From Candidatus Chisholmbacteria bacterium (GTDB taxonomy: Bacteria; Patescibacteriota; Microgenomatia; UBA1400; Chisholmbacteraceae): a stretch of DNA of 64,000 nucleotides. The stretch is from assembly GCA_963704905.1 (NCBI GenBank), contig CAVPHZ010000001.1, positions 195,438 through 259,437 on the forward strand. Reading direction: 5' to 3'. A program made the position numbers and the translations under genes. Each line of letters begins with the position of its first letter. The first letter of the stretch is position 1. This document shows, piece after piece, positions 19,912 to 31,000 of the stretch. A model generated the notes under the pieces. That model saw only the letters and a list, made by a program, of their open reading frames with translations. It ran no database searches and was not told the origin of the DNA.

Positions 19912-20196
19912 TTAGGTTTTACTAATAACTCGCTTCACCATTTTTCCATGTCCGTGAAACGTGCGTGTAGGTGAAAATTCCCCGAGTCGATGGCCTACCA
20001 TAGCCTCTGTGATATACACTTCCTTAAAAACTTTTCCTGAATGAATCAGAAATGTATACCCCACAAATTCTGGTGGTATTTGACTCGCTCGTGCCCAAGT
20101 TTTAATTGGCTCTTTCTTTCCACTTACTTGCTGTTTCTGCACTTTTATCAGTAGCTTTTCGTCTACGTATGGTCCTTTTTTTGATGATCTACTCAT
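19912..20196 (-). CDS. rpsS: 30S ribosomal protein S19
   Basis: [18 protein letters not shown]. Confidence 0.97.
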   Translation of the reverse strand: MSRSSKKGPYVDEKLLIKVQKQQVSGKKEPIKTWARASQIPPEFVGYTFLIHSGKVFKEVYITEAMVGHRLGEFSPTRTFHGHGKMVKRVISKT

Positions 20197-20202
20197 ATTT
20201 AA

Positions 20203-21045
20203 TTACTGCTTCACCCGTCTGTCTTTGATAATAAATCTCTTCGAATACTTTTTTACCTGTCTCGTTTTCTTTCCAAGCGTCCTTTTACCCCAAGGGCTTT
20301 TCGGTGACTTGAGACCGATCCCTGATCGACCTTCTCCTCCACCATGAGGGTGTGCACCTGGATGCATGGCTACACCTCGCACTGCTGGTCTAATACCAAT
20401 CAATCTTTTACGACCAGCTTTCCCGAATTTCATTGTCTTCCATTCTTCGTTTCCAACCTGGCCTATAGTTGCTAGGCAATCAAGAAGAATCAGTCTGTGT
20501 TCCTTGCTTGGTAATTGAACGGTTGCATATCTACCCTCTTTCGATTGAATCAAGGCTGCTGTTCCAGCTCCTCTTGCTAATTGTCCGCCTTTCTTAGGTT
20601 GTAATTCAATATTATGAATTGGTGTTCCAACCGGAATATTTCTTAACGGCATTGTGTTTCCGACTTTCACTTCCACATCCACACCTGTCTGCACAACGTC
20701 ATTTATTTTGAGAGTTCCTGGCGCTAATATGTAACGTTTCTCTCCATCTCTGTAGTGGAGTAGTGCAATGTTGGCTTGTCGGTTTGGATCATATTCAATA
20801 GCAACAACTTTTGCAGGAATATTGTGTTTTTCTCTTTTAAAGTCAACTTTCCTCAGTAATCTTTTATGGCCGCCACCCCTATGTCTAACGGTTATTCTAC
20901 CGAATGAATTTCTTCCACCAGATTTTTTTATTGCACCCATCGTCAACGTTTTTTCTGGTCGTTTTTTTGTGACTTTCTTTTTCAAATCGATATCTCTGCG
21001 ATGACGTGTTCCTGGACTTGTGGGTTTTCTTTTGATAATACTCAT
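20203..21045 (-). CDS. rplB: 50S ribosomal protein L2
   Basis: [27 protein letters not shown]. Confidence 0.97.
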   Translation of the reverse strand: MSIIKRKPTSPGTRHRRDIDLKKKVTKKRPEKTLTMGAIKKSGGRNSFGRITVRHRGGGHKRLLRKVDFKREKHNIPAKVVAIEYDPNRQANIALLHYRDGEKRYILAPGTLKINDVVQTGVDVEVKVGNTMPLRNIPVGTPIHNIELQPKKGGQLARGAGTAALIQSKEGRYATVQLPSKEHRLILLDCLATIGQVGNEEWKTMKFGKAGRKRLIGIRPAVRGVAMHPGAHPHGGGEGRSGIGLKSPKSPWGKRTLGKKTRQVKKYSKRFIIKDRRVKQ

Positions 21046-21048
21046 TGT

Positions 21049-21336
21049 TTATCCCTGGGTTTCAAAAATATCAATTGTTTGTCCCTTTTTTAGTTCTACA
21101 ATCGCCTTTTTTTTATCAGGTCGTCGTATTTCTCGTCGAAGTCTTCCAACTCTTTTTCTTTTCCCAGCTATTTTTACAGTTGAAATCTTTGTTACTACCA
21201 CATTAAACGTATCTTCTACGATACTTCTTATCTGACCTTTTGTTGATCGTGGACTTACTTCAAATGTGTAACGATTACTTGAGGTTGCGATCATTGATTT
21301 TTCCGTGATTATTGGTCGAATGAGTATGCTCTTCAT
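21049..21336 (-). CDS. rplW: 50S ribosomal protein L23
   Basis: PIITEKS, KKAIVEL. Confidence 0.95.
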   Translation of the reverse strand: MKSILIRPIITEKSMIATSSNRYTFEVSPRSTKGQIRSIVEDTFNVVVTKISTVKIAGKRKRVGRLRREIRRPDKKKAIVELKKGQTIDIFETQG

Positions 21337-22079
21337 TTTTCCTTTCTTGCTGTCGATTTCGTTGTTTTCTTTGGTGAATTTGTTTTCCCTATCTTGCTCT
21401 TTTTTAATCCTGCAACAAGCTCTTTCTTATCTTTAATGTTGATTAAGAACGTTTCTTTCATTGTATTAATCGCATCCTTCATCACCACCATGAATCCTGC
21501 GTTCATTACTTCATACGTGTTCATTTTTTTTGCTGAGATGAGATCGACATTATTTAGATTTTGTGCTGATCTTTTTATCATTGTTGAATCTTTCGTGACA
21601 ATAATTGAAGCTTTAGGTTCTTCGCTTTTTACCTTTTTTTTCAAGATATCGAGCGTTTGCTTCATTATTTTGGTTTTTGGTTCAAGTTTTTCTAATCCTT
21701 GAACAACAACGAGTTGCTTATCACTTACCTTCTGACTTAATGCTGAAAAAAGTGCATTTCGACGCATCTTTTTTGAAAGTTTGAGTTTTACATTTTGGTC
21801 ACCTCTGGGTCCATGTGCAACACCGCCTCCGACAAATATTGGCGCATATCTGTCTCCATGACGAGCTCTTCCTGTTCCTTTTTGTCTGTATATTTTTCTT
21901 GTTGATCCTGTAATTTCTCCTCGACTTTTTACTTTGGCAGTTCCTTGTCTCTTATTTGCTAAATACACACGAACAGCCTGCGCCATGAGAATGTAGTTAG
22001 GCTTTTTAGCGAACATCTCATCAGGAAGAGATATCTTTCCTGATGCATTTCCTTTGGTGTCGATTACATTTAGTTGCAT
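21333..22079 (-). CDS. rplD: 50S ribosomal protein L4
   Basis: RQGTA, RQKGTGRARHG, GGGVAHGP. Confidence 0.97.
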   Translation of the reverse strand: MQLNVIDTKGNASGKISLPDEMFAKKPNYILMAQAVRVYLANKRQGTAKVKSRGEITGSTRKIYRQKGTGRARHGDRYAPIFVGGGVAHGPRGDQNVKLKLSKKMRRNALFSALSQKVSDKQLVVVQGLEKLEPKTKIMKQTLDILKKKVKSEEPKASIIVTKDSTMIKRSAQNLNNVDLISAKKMNTYEVMNAGFMVVMKDAINTMKETFLINIKDKKELVAGLKKSKIGKTNSPKKTTKSTARKEK

Positions 22080-22085
22080 ACTTGA

Positions 22086-22877
22086 TTATTGTGTCTTTGG
22101 ATTCAGTTGTTTGTTCGGTTTACTTGTTTCCTCAGTCTCAATCTCCAACGTTTTTGAATCTTTTTCGTCCTTTGTTTCCTCCATTTGTATTTTAGTGTTA
22201 TCTTTGTTGTCTTTATCTGCTAAACCAGGAAATTCTTTTACCTCACCCACTTTTTTTATCATAAGAATTTCGTCTCTTTTCCCTGGAACTTGACCTTTGA
22301 TCCACATCGTTCCATCCGCATCAAGCTTCACAATTAGTAAATTGCGAAGAGTTACTTTCTCTCCTCCGCTTCTTCCTGGCATCTTTTTGCCTTTATGGAC
22401 TCTTCCTGGGTCCGATCCTTGTCCTATAGATCCAGGAGCCCGTTGTCTATCAGATTGCCCATGCGTACGAGGTCCACCACTAAATCCCCATCGTTTCATC
22501 ACTCCGGTAAATCCTTTTCCTTTGCTTACACCTGTCACATTTACAAGATCGCCAACTTTAAGTACTTTGTCTGCAGTAATTGTTTCGCCGACTTCAACTT
22601 CAAGTTCACCTTCAATCGTTATTTCTTTTAGTGTTCTTGGAATAAATTCGTTTTTCTGAATTACTTTCCTAAGATGACCTTGCAATGGTTCAGTTGTTTT
22701 TCTCAGCGGTTTTTTTCCAAATCCTATTTGAACCGCTTGATATTTATCTGTCTGATTTGTTTTTATTTGTGTCACAACGCAAGGACCTGCCTGCACTTGT
22801 GTGACTGGAATTCTTCTTCCATCAGAAAGAAATACTTGGTTCATTTCTTTTTTGGCTGCCAGTATTGAATCGATCAT
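22086..22877 (-). CDS. rplC: 50S ribosomal protein L3
   Basis: GPCVVTQIK, SKGKGFTG, RAPGSIG. Confidence 0.97.
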   Translation of the reverse strand: MIDSILAAKKEMNQVFLSDGRRIPVTQVQAGPCVVTQIKTNQTDKYQAVQIGFGKKPLRKTTEPLQGHLRKVIQKNEFIPRTLKEITIEGELEVEVGETITADKVLKVGDLVNVTGVSKGKGFTGVMKRWGFSGGPRTHGQSDRQRAPGSIGQGSDPGRVHKGKKMPGRSGGEKVTLRNLLIVKLDADGTMWIKGQVPGKRDEILMIKKVGEVKEFPGLADKDNKDNTKIQMEETKDEKDSKTLEIETEETSKPNKQLNPKTQ

Positions 22878-22916
22878 AATGTTTAATTTTTGTATCGTAA
22901 CTGTTGCTTAAGCAAC

Positions 22917-22939
22917 AAAAAACGATCCCGATGGATCGC
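22917..22939 (-). terminator. Terminator-like hairpin in rpsJ-rplC spacer
   Basis: Minus strand GCGATCC-ATCG-GGATCGT-TTTTT. Confidence 0.6.
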
Positions 22940-23048
22940 TATTATTGGCTCTCCTTACGGTGTGGTTAATTAGTCTTGATTTATATCTCTATTCCCAACA
23001 TTGCCTCCTCTAGCAAGTCTGGGTGCATTTTTTTATAAAAAATGCTGT

Positions 23049-23357
23049 CTACATCTTTATCTCAATACCAACTCCTGCGGGCAGTTCAAGGTGCATGAGC
23101 GAATCGATCGTTTTATTTGTCGGTTCGGTTATGTCAATGAGACGCTTGTGAGTCAAGATCTGGTAATGATCCCTTGCGTCTTTGTCAGTGTGTGGGCTGG
23201 TTAGTACTGTGATCAACTTCCGGTCGGTTGGAAGCGGAACTGGACCCACCACCTTTGCCCCAGTTGCCAGGGCCGTTTCTAAGATCTTGGCCGAGGCTTC
23301 GTCGATGACTCTATGATCGTAGCTTTTTAAACGTACTCTTATTCTGCCCTTCGGCAT
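23049..23357 (-). CDS. rpsJ: 30S ribosomal protein S10
   Basis: [24 protein letters not shown]. Confidence 0.97.
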   Translation of the reverse strand: MPKGRIRVRLKSYDHRVIDEASAKILETALATGAKVVGPVPLPTDRKLITVLTSPHTDKDARDHYQILTHKRLIDITEPTNKTIDSLMHLELPAGVGIEIKM

Positions 23358-23366
23358 GTCTAGACT

Positions 23367-23396
23367 AAAAAGACAACGTTTGTTCGTTGTCTTTTT
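23367..23396 (-). terminator. Inverted repeat / intrinsic terminator after tuf
   Basis: AAAAAGACAACG-tttgtt-CGTTGTCTTTTT perfect 12-bp stem. Confidence 0.7.
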
Positions 23397-23413
23397 ACGT
23401 TTTCTTTTTTACT

Positions 23414-24610
23414 TTACTTAATAATCTTTGTAATTGCTCCTGCTCCGATTGTGTGTCCACCCTCACGAATTGCGAATCTAAAGTTTTCCTCCATAGCGAC
23501 TGGTTGAATGAGTTTGACAATCATTTTTGCATTATCTCCTGGCATGACCATTTCAACGCCTTCGGGTAGTTTTACTTCTCCAGTCACGTCAGTTGTTCTG
23601 ATAAAAAACTGAGGTTTATATCCTGAAAAGAATGGCGTTTTTCTTCCACCTTCATCTTTGCTAAGGATATACACTTCTGCTTCAAATTCAGTATGAGGTG
23701 TAATCGTACCTGGTTTTGCCAGTACTTGACCACGTTCAACATCATCTTTTTCTATTCCTCGAAGTAATACACCAACATTGTCTCCAGCTTGTGCATCATC
23801 CAGTAATTTTCTAAACATCTCAATTCCGGTAACGACAGTTTTGGAAGTATCGCGGAGTCCAACGATTTCAATTTCTTCGTTGACTTTAATCTTACCTCGT
23901 TCGACTCTTCCGGTAACGACAGTGCCTCTTCCTTTAATTGAAAAAACGTCTTCAATCGGCATGAGGAATGGTTTATCAATATCTCTGGTAGGTTGAGGAA
24001 TATATTCATCCACTTTCGCCATCAGCTCAAGTATTTGTTTTTGTGCTTCTGCATCTCCTTCATACGCCTTTAGCGCTGAACCTCGAACAAATGGAATTTC
24101 ATCTCCTGGATATTCATATTTTGTAAGTAACTCTCTAATTTCGAGCTCAACAAGATCAATAAGTTCTGGATCGTCAACTGCATCAACTTTATTGAGAAAC
24201 ACCACCATGGCAGGAACATTAACTTGTCTTGCAAGAAGAACATGTTCTCTTGTTTGTGGCATTGGTCCATCAGCAGCAGCGACTACTAAAATTGCACCAT
24301 CCATTTGAGCGGCGCCGGTAATCATGTTTTTGATGTAATCCTCATGTCCAGGGGCGTCAATGTGAGCATAGTGACGTTTTTCTGTTTCATACTCAACATG
24401 AGTGATGTTAATTGTCACACCACGCTCCTTTTCTTCAGGAGCATTATCAATGTCATAGAACTCCATTGCTTTTGTTGGGTTGTTTGGCTGAGTTGAAAGT
24501 ACTTTGGTAATTGCCGCTGTCAACGTTGTTTTTCCATGGTCAACATGACCAATGGTTCCAATGTTAACGTGTGGCTTATTTCGTTCAAATTTTTTCTTGT
24601 CTACTGCCAT
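23414..24610 (-). CDS. tuf: Elongation factor Tu
   Basis: [32 protein letters not shown]. Confidence 0.98.
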   Translation of the reverse strand: MAVDKKKFERNKPHVNIGTIGHVDHGKTTLTAAITKVLSTQPNNPTKAMEFYDIDNAPEEKERGVTINITHVEYETEKRHYAHIDAPGHEDYIKNMITGAAQMDGAILVVAAADGPMPQTREHVLLARQVNVPAMVVFLNKVDAVDDPELIDLVELEIRELLTKYEYPGDEIPFVRGSALKAYEGDAEAQKQILELMAKVDEYIPQPTRDIDKPFLMPIEDVFSIKGRGTVVTGRVERGKIKVNEEIEIVGLRDTSKTVVTGIEMFRKLLDDAQAGDNVGVLLRGIEKDDVERGQVLAKPGTITPHTEFEAEVYILSKDEGGRKTPFFSGYKPQFFIRTTDVTGEVKLPEGVEMVMPGDNAKMIVKLIQPVAMEENFRFAIREGGHTIGAGAITKIIK

Positions 24611-24672
24611 GAAGCCTCCGTTAATAATTTTCTTTAATAATTGCTAAGTAATTTATAATTTTCTTCTAATAA

Positions 24673-26798
24673 TTATTCCTTGCCGATAATTGTTTCGGCA
24701 ATATTTCCAGGAACCTCATCATAGTGACTGGGCTCCATATAATACGACGCTCTTCCCTGCGTCATGCTGCGCAGTATTGTAGCATATCTTGAGAGCTCTG
24801 CCAAGGGAACCAGAGCTGTGATGATACGAACTTTTGCGCGTGTTTTGGTGTCTAATATTTGCGCCCGCTTACTCGAAAGATCACCAATAACTTCTCCCAT
24901 GAATTCTTCTGGGCAGGTTACTTCTGCTTTCATGATTGGTTCTAGGAGTATGAGATCGGCTTGCTTGACTGCTGACTGTAAAGCGCATGACCCGGCTATC
25001 TTAAAAGCTATTTCAGAAGAATCGACTTCGTGAAAGGTACCATCATATACAGCAACTTTAATATCTACGATTGGAAACCCTCCAAGGACACCATTTTCCA
25101 TAGCTTCTTTTACTCCCTTTTCCACCGCTGGAATAAATTCTCTGGGAATAGCTCCACCTGTTATTTCGTTTACAAATTCAAATCCTTCACCTCGATTTTT
25201 TGGTTCAACACGCAAGAAACAGTGACCATATTGACCACGACCTCCAGTTTGTCTGATGTATTTACCTTCAGCTTCGGCGACTTTTTTAATGGTTTCTTTG
25301 TATGCAACTTGAGGATTTCCAGTATTGGCTTCAACTTTAAATTCACGCTTCATTCTATCCACAATAATCTCTAGATGAAGTTCTCCCATTCCAGAAATAA
25401 TTGTTTGACCAGTATCTTGATTCACCTTTGTCTTGAAGGTAGGATCTTCTTCACCAAGTTTTGCAAGAGCAAGTCCCATTTTTTCTTGATCTTGTTTGGT
25501 TTTCGGTTCAATGGCCAGTGAAATAACTGGATCGGTGAATTCTATTCCTTCAAATATTATGGGATGATTTTCGTCTGCGAGAGTGTCACCAGTTGTGGTT
25601 TTGTTCACTCCAACAACAGCTACTATTTCACCTGCCTCTGCATCTTCAATTTCTTCTCTCTGGTTGGCATGCATAAAAAGTAGTCGCCCAACTCGTTGCT
25701 TTTCTTCCTTGGTCACGTTGGTAGCATATGAACCGGCTTTGAGGCTTCCTGAGTAAATACGAATATAGGTAAGCCTACCGACATGAGGATCTGTTTGAAC
25801 TTTGAAGGCTAATGACGAAAATGGTTCCTCTTTATCAGGTTTTCGTTGTTCTTCTTCTTGAAGTTTTAGGATTCAGCCCTTTAGCGGGCTCCACATCTAG
25901 CGGACTGGGAAGATAGTCAACAACTGCATCAAGAAGAGGTTGTACTCCTTTATTTCGAAGAGAAGAACCACAAAAAATTGGAACTAGTTTGTTTGAAATG
26001 GTTGCTTTTCTTAGAGCGATTTTTACCTCAATGATATCTAGTTCTTGATCGTTTAAGATATTTTTCGGTTAATTTATCATCCGTTTCAGCAATCTTTTCA
26101 ATAAGCTGGTTTTGTCTCTTTTTAGCCTCTGCTTGTAGTTCTTCAGGAATGTCACCAATAGTGTATTTTGCTCCAGTTTCGTCACCTTCCCAAATTAGCG
26201 CTTTTTGCTCTAGAAGTTGAATGACTCCTTTGAAACTGCTTTCAACTCCGATTGGGAGTGCCATAATCGCTGTATTGGCTCCGAGTTTTTCTTCGACGTC
26301 TTTTACTGTCTCAAGAAAATTGGCCCCGAGCTTATCCATTTTGTTTACAAAACAGATCCTGGGAACCTCATATTTGTCTGCTTGATGCCAGACTGTTTCT
26401 GACTGAGATTGCACGCCTTCTTCAGCATCAAGAACGGTGATTCCTCCATCTAACACGCGCAAAGAGCGCTCGACTTCGGCGGTGAAATCGACATGGCCAG
26501 GTGTATCGATGATATTAATTCTATGAGGTTGGGAATTTAACGCTCCTTCAATCTGAGGAGTCCAAAACGTGGTCGTAGCGGCAGACATGATTGTAATGCC
26601 TCTTTCTTTTTCTTGTTCCATCCAATCCATTTGGGTTGTTCCTTCATCGATGTCTCCAATCTTATAGGACTTTCCAGTGTAATAAAGGATTCTCTCTGTA
26701 GTTGTTGTTTTTCCAGCATCAATATGGGCAATAATTCCAATGTTACGAATCTTATCCATTGGAACTTTTCTTTCTGTACTGGTTTTATGTGGTGCCAT
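24673..26798 (-). CDS. fusA: Elongation factor G, interrupted by two +1 indels (~26053 and ~25861), probably sequence errors
   Basis: [23 protein letters not shown]; middle frame reads [50 protein letters not shown]; last frame has [15 protein letters not shown]. Confidence 0.93.
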
Positions 26799-26817
26799 AC
26801 TGGTCCTTAAAACATTT

Positions 26818-26849
26818 AAAACGGGCTATTTCTCCTTGCCCGTTTTTTT
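26818..26849. terminator. Hairpin in rpsG-fusA spacer
   Basis: AAAACGGGC-11 nt-GCCCGTTTTTTT. Confidence 0.45.
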
Positions 26850-26862
26850 CTCTCGAACATCT

Positions 26863-27342
26863 TTACCATCGAAAATGTGCAAATGCTTTGTTGGCTTCTG
26901 CCATTTTGTGCGCTGTGATCTTCTTTTGAAACGCGTTCCCCTCACCGTTGGAAGCCTCGATGATTTCTTGCGCTAATTTCTGTGAGAATCTGTGAAACTC
27001 CCTATTTGGCCTTTTTCTTGCTCCTTCAACTAACCAACGTAAGGCAAGTGATGTTCCGCGCCGTCCCTTGATTGGAGTGGGAACCTGGTACGCAGCACCT
27101 CCGACGCGCCTGGATCGGACTTCCATTTGAGGGGTGATGTTTCTCAGTGCAGTTTCAAATACTTCGATTGGATCTTTTTTTTGACGCTGCTTAATAATCT
27201 CTAAGGTGTCATAGACATGACGCTCGGCAACAGTTTTTTTTCCACTCTTCATAATCTTTTTTATAAGATTTGAGACAAGTTTATTATTGAAGATTGGATC
27301 TGGTTCGATAATTCTTGGTTTTATTCTTCCAGTTCTTGGCAT
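26863..27342 (-). CDS. rpsG: 30S ribosomal protein S7
   Basis: EVRSRRVGGAAYQVP, HKMAEANKAFAHFRW. Confidence 0.97.
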   Translation of the reverse strand: MPRTGRIKPRIIEPDPIFNNKLVSNLIKKIMKSGKKTVAERHVYDTLEIIKQRQKKDPIEVFETALRNITPQMEVRSRRVGGAAYQVPTPIKGRRGTSLALRWLVEGARKRPNREFHRFSQKLAQEIIEASNGEGNAFQKKITAHKMAEANKAFAHFRW

Positions 27343-27351
27343 TCTATTCTC

Positions 27352-27825
27352 CTATTGTGAGGCCTCCTGAGTTTGTTCTTGATTACTTTCAGTTTCTGTG
27401 CCTGAAACTGAACTTTTACCACCCTTTCTTGTTCCGTATTTTGATCTTCCTTTTTTTCTATTCTCCACGCCAGTTGCATCATATACCCCACGAATGACAT
27501 GGTACTTCACTCCGGGCAGATCTTTAACCCTACCACCGCGAACAAGGACAATTGAGTGTTCTGCAAGCTCGTGTCCTTCTCCAGGTATGTAAGCGGTTAT
27601 TTCTTGCTTATTACTTAACCTTACACGTGCGACTTTTCGGAGTGCTGAATTTGGTTTCTTGGGTGTCATGGTTTTGACTACAACACATACACCGCGTTTT
27701 TGCGGGTTAATGGTGTCTACCATTGAACGCTTTTGCGCATTAAATGAACGCCGAAGTGCTGTGGCTTTTATTTTCCTTCTCGTTTTTTTTCGATGCTTCT
27801 TCACTAGTTGGTTTATGGTTGGCAT
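27352..27825 (-). CDS. rpsL: 30S ribosomal protein S12
   Basis: [29 protein letters not shown]. Confidence 0.98.
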   Translation of the reverse strand: MPTINQLVKKHRKKTRRKIKATALRRSFNAQKRSMVDTINPQKRGVCVVVKTMTPKKPNSALRKVARVRLSNKQEITAYIPGEGHELAEHSIVLVRGGRVKDLPGVKYHVIRGVYDATGVENRKKGRSKYGTRKGGKSSVSGTETESNQEQTQEASQ

Positions 27826-27845
27826 TGGATTCCCGCTTATTGAAC

Positions 27846-27865
27846 AAAAAAACGGCCTTCGCCGC
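27846..27865 (-). terminator. Terminator-like hairpin in rpsL leader
   Basis: Minus strand GCGGC-GAAG-GCCGT-TTTTTT. Confidence 0.5.
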
Positions 27866-27983
27866 TTCCTCTCCGCTGTAAAATTGTATGTTCGATTTTA
27901 CCTTCGAGTCACGGCCTCCTTATATTTGGTTACTATTGTGTTAGTATCAGCGTAATTATTCGTAATCACTTTTCCCGATCGTT

Positions 27984-28012
27984 ATTGTAACACACCTGGA
28001 TCTTACCCTCAA
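27984..28012 (-). promoter_or_regulatory. sigma70-type promoter of str operon
   Basis: TTGAGG-17 nt-TACAAT with TG extended -10. Confidence 0.6.
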
Positions 28013-28022
28013 TAACAGCTGG

Positions 28023-31000
28023 TTATTCTTCTTCGATATACTCAGCTTTTTCTTTATCAACAGGAATTAGTCTTCCGATAATAACATTTTCTTTCAAACC
28101 TAAGAGTTTATCTTCTTTCCCAAGTACTGCTGCTCCTGTGAGTATGCTGGTTGTTTCTTGAAATGATGCTGCGGATAACCACGATTCGGTGTACAAGGAT
28201 GCTCTAGTTATTCCTAGGATTACGATCTGCGCTGTTGCAGGTTCACCACCCTCTGCAAGCACTCCCTGATTTTCCTCATCAAATTTTTCCTTATCAATGA
28301 GTTCACCTGGGAGCAAGTCGGTGTCTCCAGTCGTTTCAATTTTTACCTTATCGCACATTTTGCGAATGATCAGTTCAAAATGTCTGTCGTTGATTGGTAT
28401 TCCTTGACTCTCATATACTGCTTGAATTTCCTCGAGTAAGTAGTTCTGCGCCTCTCTCAACCCTCGTATCTTAAGAACTTCTTTTATATCCAAGCTTCCG
28501 GAGGAGATTTGTTCTCCAACGCTGATGAGATCACTTGTTTTTACCCGTAAAGTTGAAGTTAGTGGAACAATATATTGACGCTCTTCGACCGGTTTTCCAC
28601 TTCCACGCACTGTAACTTCATATCCTTTTTTGGTTTCTTGAACTTCAACCTTACCGATGATTTCGCTAAGTGGCGAGACGATTTTCGCGGTTCTTGCTTC
28701 AAATAGTTCTTCAACACGAGGAAGACCTTGTGTTACGTCAAGTCCTACAATTCCTCCTGTGTGTTTTACCCGCATCGTAAGTTGGGTACCTGGTTCACCG
28801 ATAGACTGTGCTGCAAGAACACCTACAGGAGTACCTATTTCAACAAGCTTTTTATTTGAAAAGTCCCAACCGTAGCATTGACGACATATCCCGTACTTCG
28901 TTTCACAGGTAAGCGGGGAGCGAATATGAATTTTTTCTATGCTGGTCTTTTCGATATCCTTGAGAATTTCATCTGAAATCAACTCTCCTTTATTAACCAA
29001 GACTTTTTTGGTTTTTGGATGAATAACTTTCTTGGCAACTACCCTGCCAATAACTCTGGTTAAAAATATTCGCTTTCGGTTTCCTGTTGCTTCGATAGTT
29101 ATGAATTTATCTGTTTTACAATCTTGTTGTCTTACAATTACGTCATGGGCCACATCGACGAGCCTTCTGGTAAGATATCCTGCGTCAGCTGTTTTTAAAG
29201 CTGAGTCAGTCAATCCCTTTCGAGATCCTCTGGCAGAAGTGACATATTCAAAAACTGAGAGCCCTTCACGGAAATTTGACTTGGTGGGTAGTTCGACAAT
29301 CTTTCCCAGCGGATCTACTACTAATCCTCGCATGGCGGCGAGTTGTTTTACCTGATCTTTGCTGGCTCGAGTTCCTCCAGAATCAATGCTAATTTTAATT
29401 GCGTTTTGATCTTCAAAGTTCTCCCATGTGCGCTCAGCAATTTCGTCTGTTGTCTCCATCCAAATCTCGTTACTTAATCGTTTTTTTTCGTCTTCCGTAA
29501 TTAGTCCTTGTTTATAATTTTCTTGTACATCTTCGGCTTTTTTGTTCGCAACATCGATTAAAATATCCTTATCTTTAATTATTTTACAGTCGGAAACTGC
29601 AATTGATAATCCGGATTTTGTTGCGGAATAAAAACCAATATTTTTTAGATTATCGATTAAATCACTGGTTTCTTCCTCTGGAAGTGAAAATACTGCTTTT
29701 CGAATGAGTTCCTTTATCTCTGCTTGGTTGATTGGGTGGTTCATGAATCTAAACGATTCAGGAATCATCTGGTTAAACATGATTCTCCCGACAGTTGTTT
29801 CGATGATTTCTGTCTTTTCTCTAATGGTTACTCTTACGTCAATTAATTGACGCAGCTTGATCTGACCCATGTGATAAGCACGCGTCGCTTCAGTTTCAGA
29901 CTCAAATATAGTAGAAGATTTTTCTTCAGTTAGAACAGTTGCTGTGAGGTAGTAACATCCAAGCGCCATTTCTTTGTTTGGAGTCGATATTGGTGAACCG
30001 TCTGCAGGTTTCAATAGATTCGCTTTCGGTGTCATGAGTGCAGCTGATTCAGCTTGAGCCACATTTCCGAGTGGAATATGAACAGCCATTTGATCACCAT
30101 CAAAGTCAGCATTAAACCCTTGACAGATACAAGGATGAATTCGTATCGCATTCCCTTCTACTAATATTGGGAAAAAGGCTTGGATTCCTAACTTATGTAG
30201 AGTCGGTGCGCGGTTTAGTAATACTGGGTGGTTTTGAGTGATATTTTCTAAAATATCATAAACTTCTGGTGCCCTTCTCTCGAGAATATGCTTGGCTGAC
30301 TTTACATTTGGTGCAATACCTTTCATGATGAGTTCTCGCAGTACATATGGTTTGAACATTTCCAATGCCATCTCTTTTGGTATACCGCATTGATTGAGCT
30401 TCAGCTCTGGACCAACAATAATGACTGATCTCCCTGAGTAATCCACGCGCTTCCCAAGAAGATTCTGTCTGAAGCGCCCTTGTTTTCCGCGAAGCATGTC
30501 GGATAATGACCGCAGCTGTCGAGTGGTTCTTCTCCTTCTTGTTGAGCGAGATTGCGATGCGTCAATTAAAGCATCAACTGCCTCTTGGAGCATCCTCTTT
30601 TCATTTCTGAGAATGATTTCTGGTGCTCCGAGATCGATGAGATGTTTTAACCGATTGTTTCTGTTAATTACACGGCGGTATAAGTCGTTGAGATCGCTGG
30701 TTGCAAATCTTCCCCCAGAGAGCTGCACCATTGGACGAAGATCTGGTGGAATAACAGGAAGTATTTTGAGAATCATCCAGGATGGATCGATGCCTGCTTT
30801 TTTAAGACCTGTAATTACACGTAGTCTTTTGGTTGCTTTCACTTGACGCTGGCCAGTGAATTTCCTACTTTGCTCACGCAATATTGCCATGAGTTCTTCG
30901 AAATCTGTTGTTCGTACGAGTTCGAGAATAGATTCTGCTCCCATTCCAACTTCCAAATGCGTTGCTGCATCATACTCAGAGAGTTTGAGATATTCGTCTT

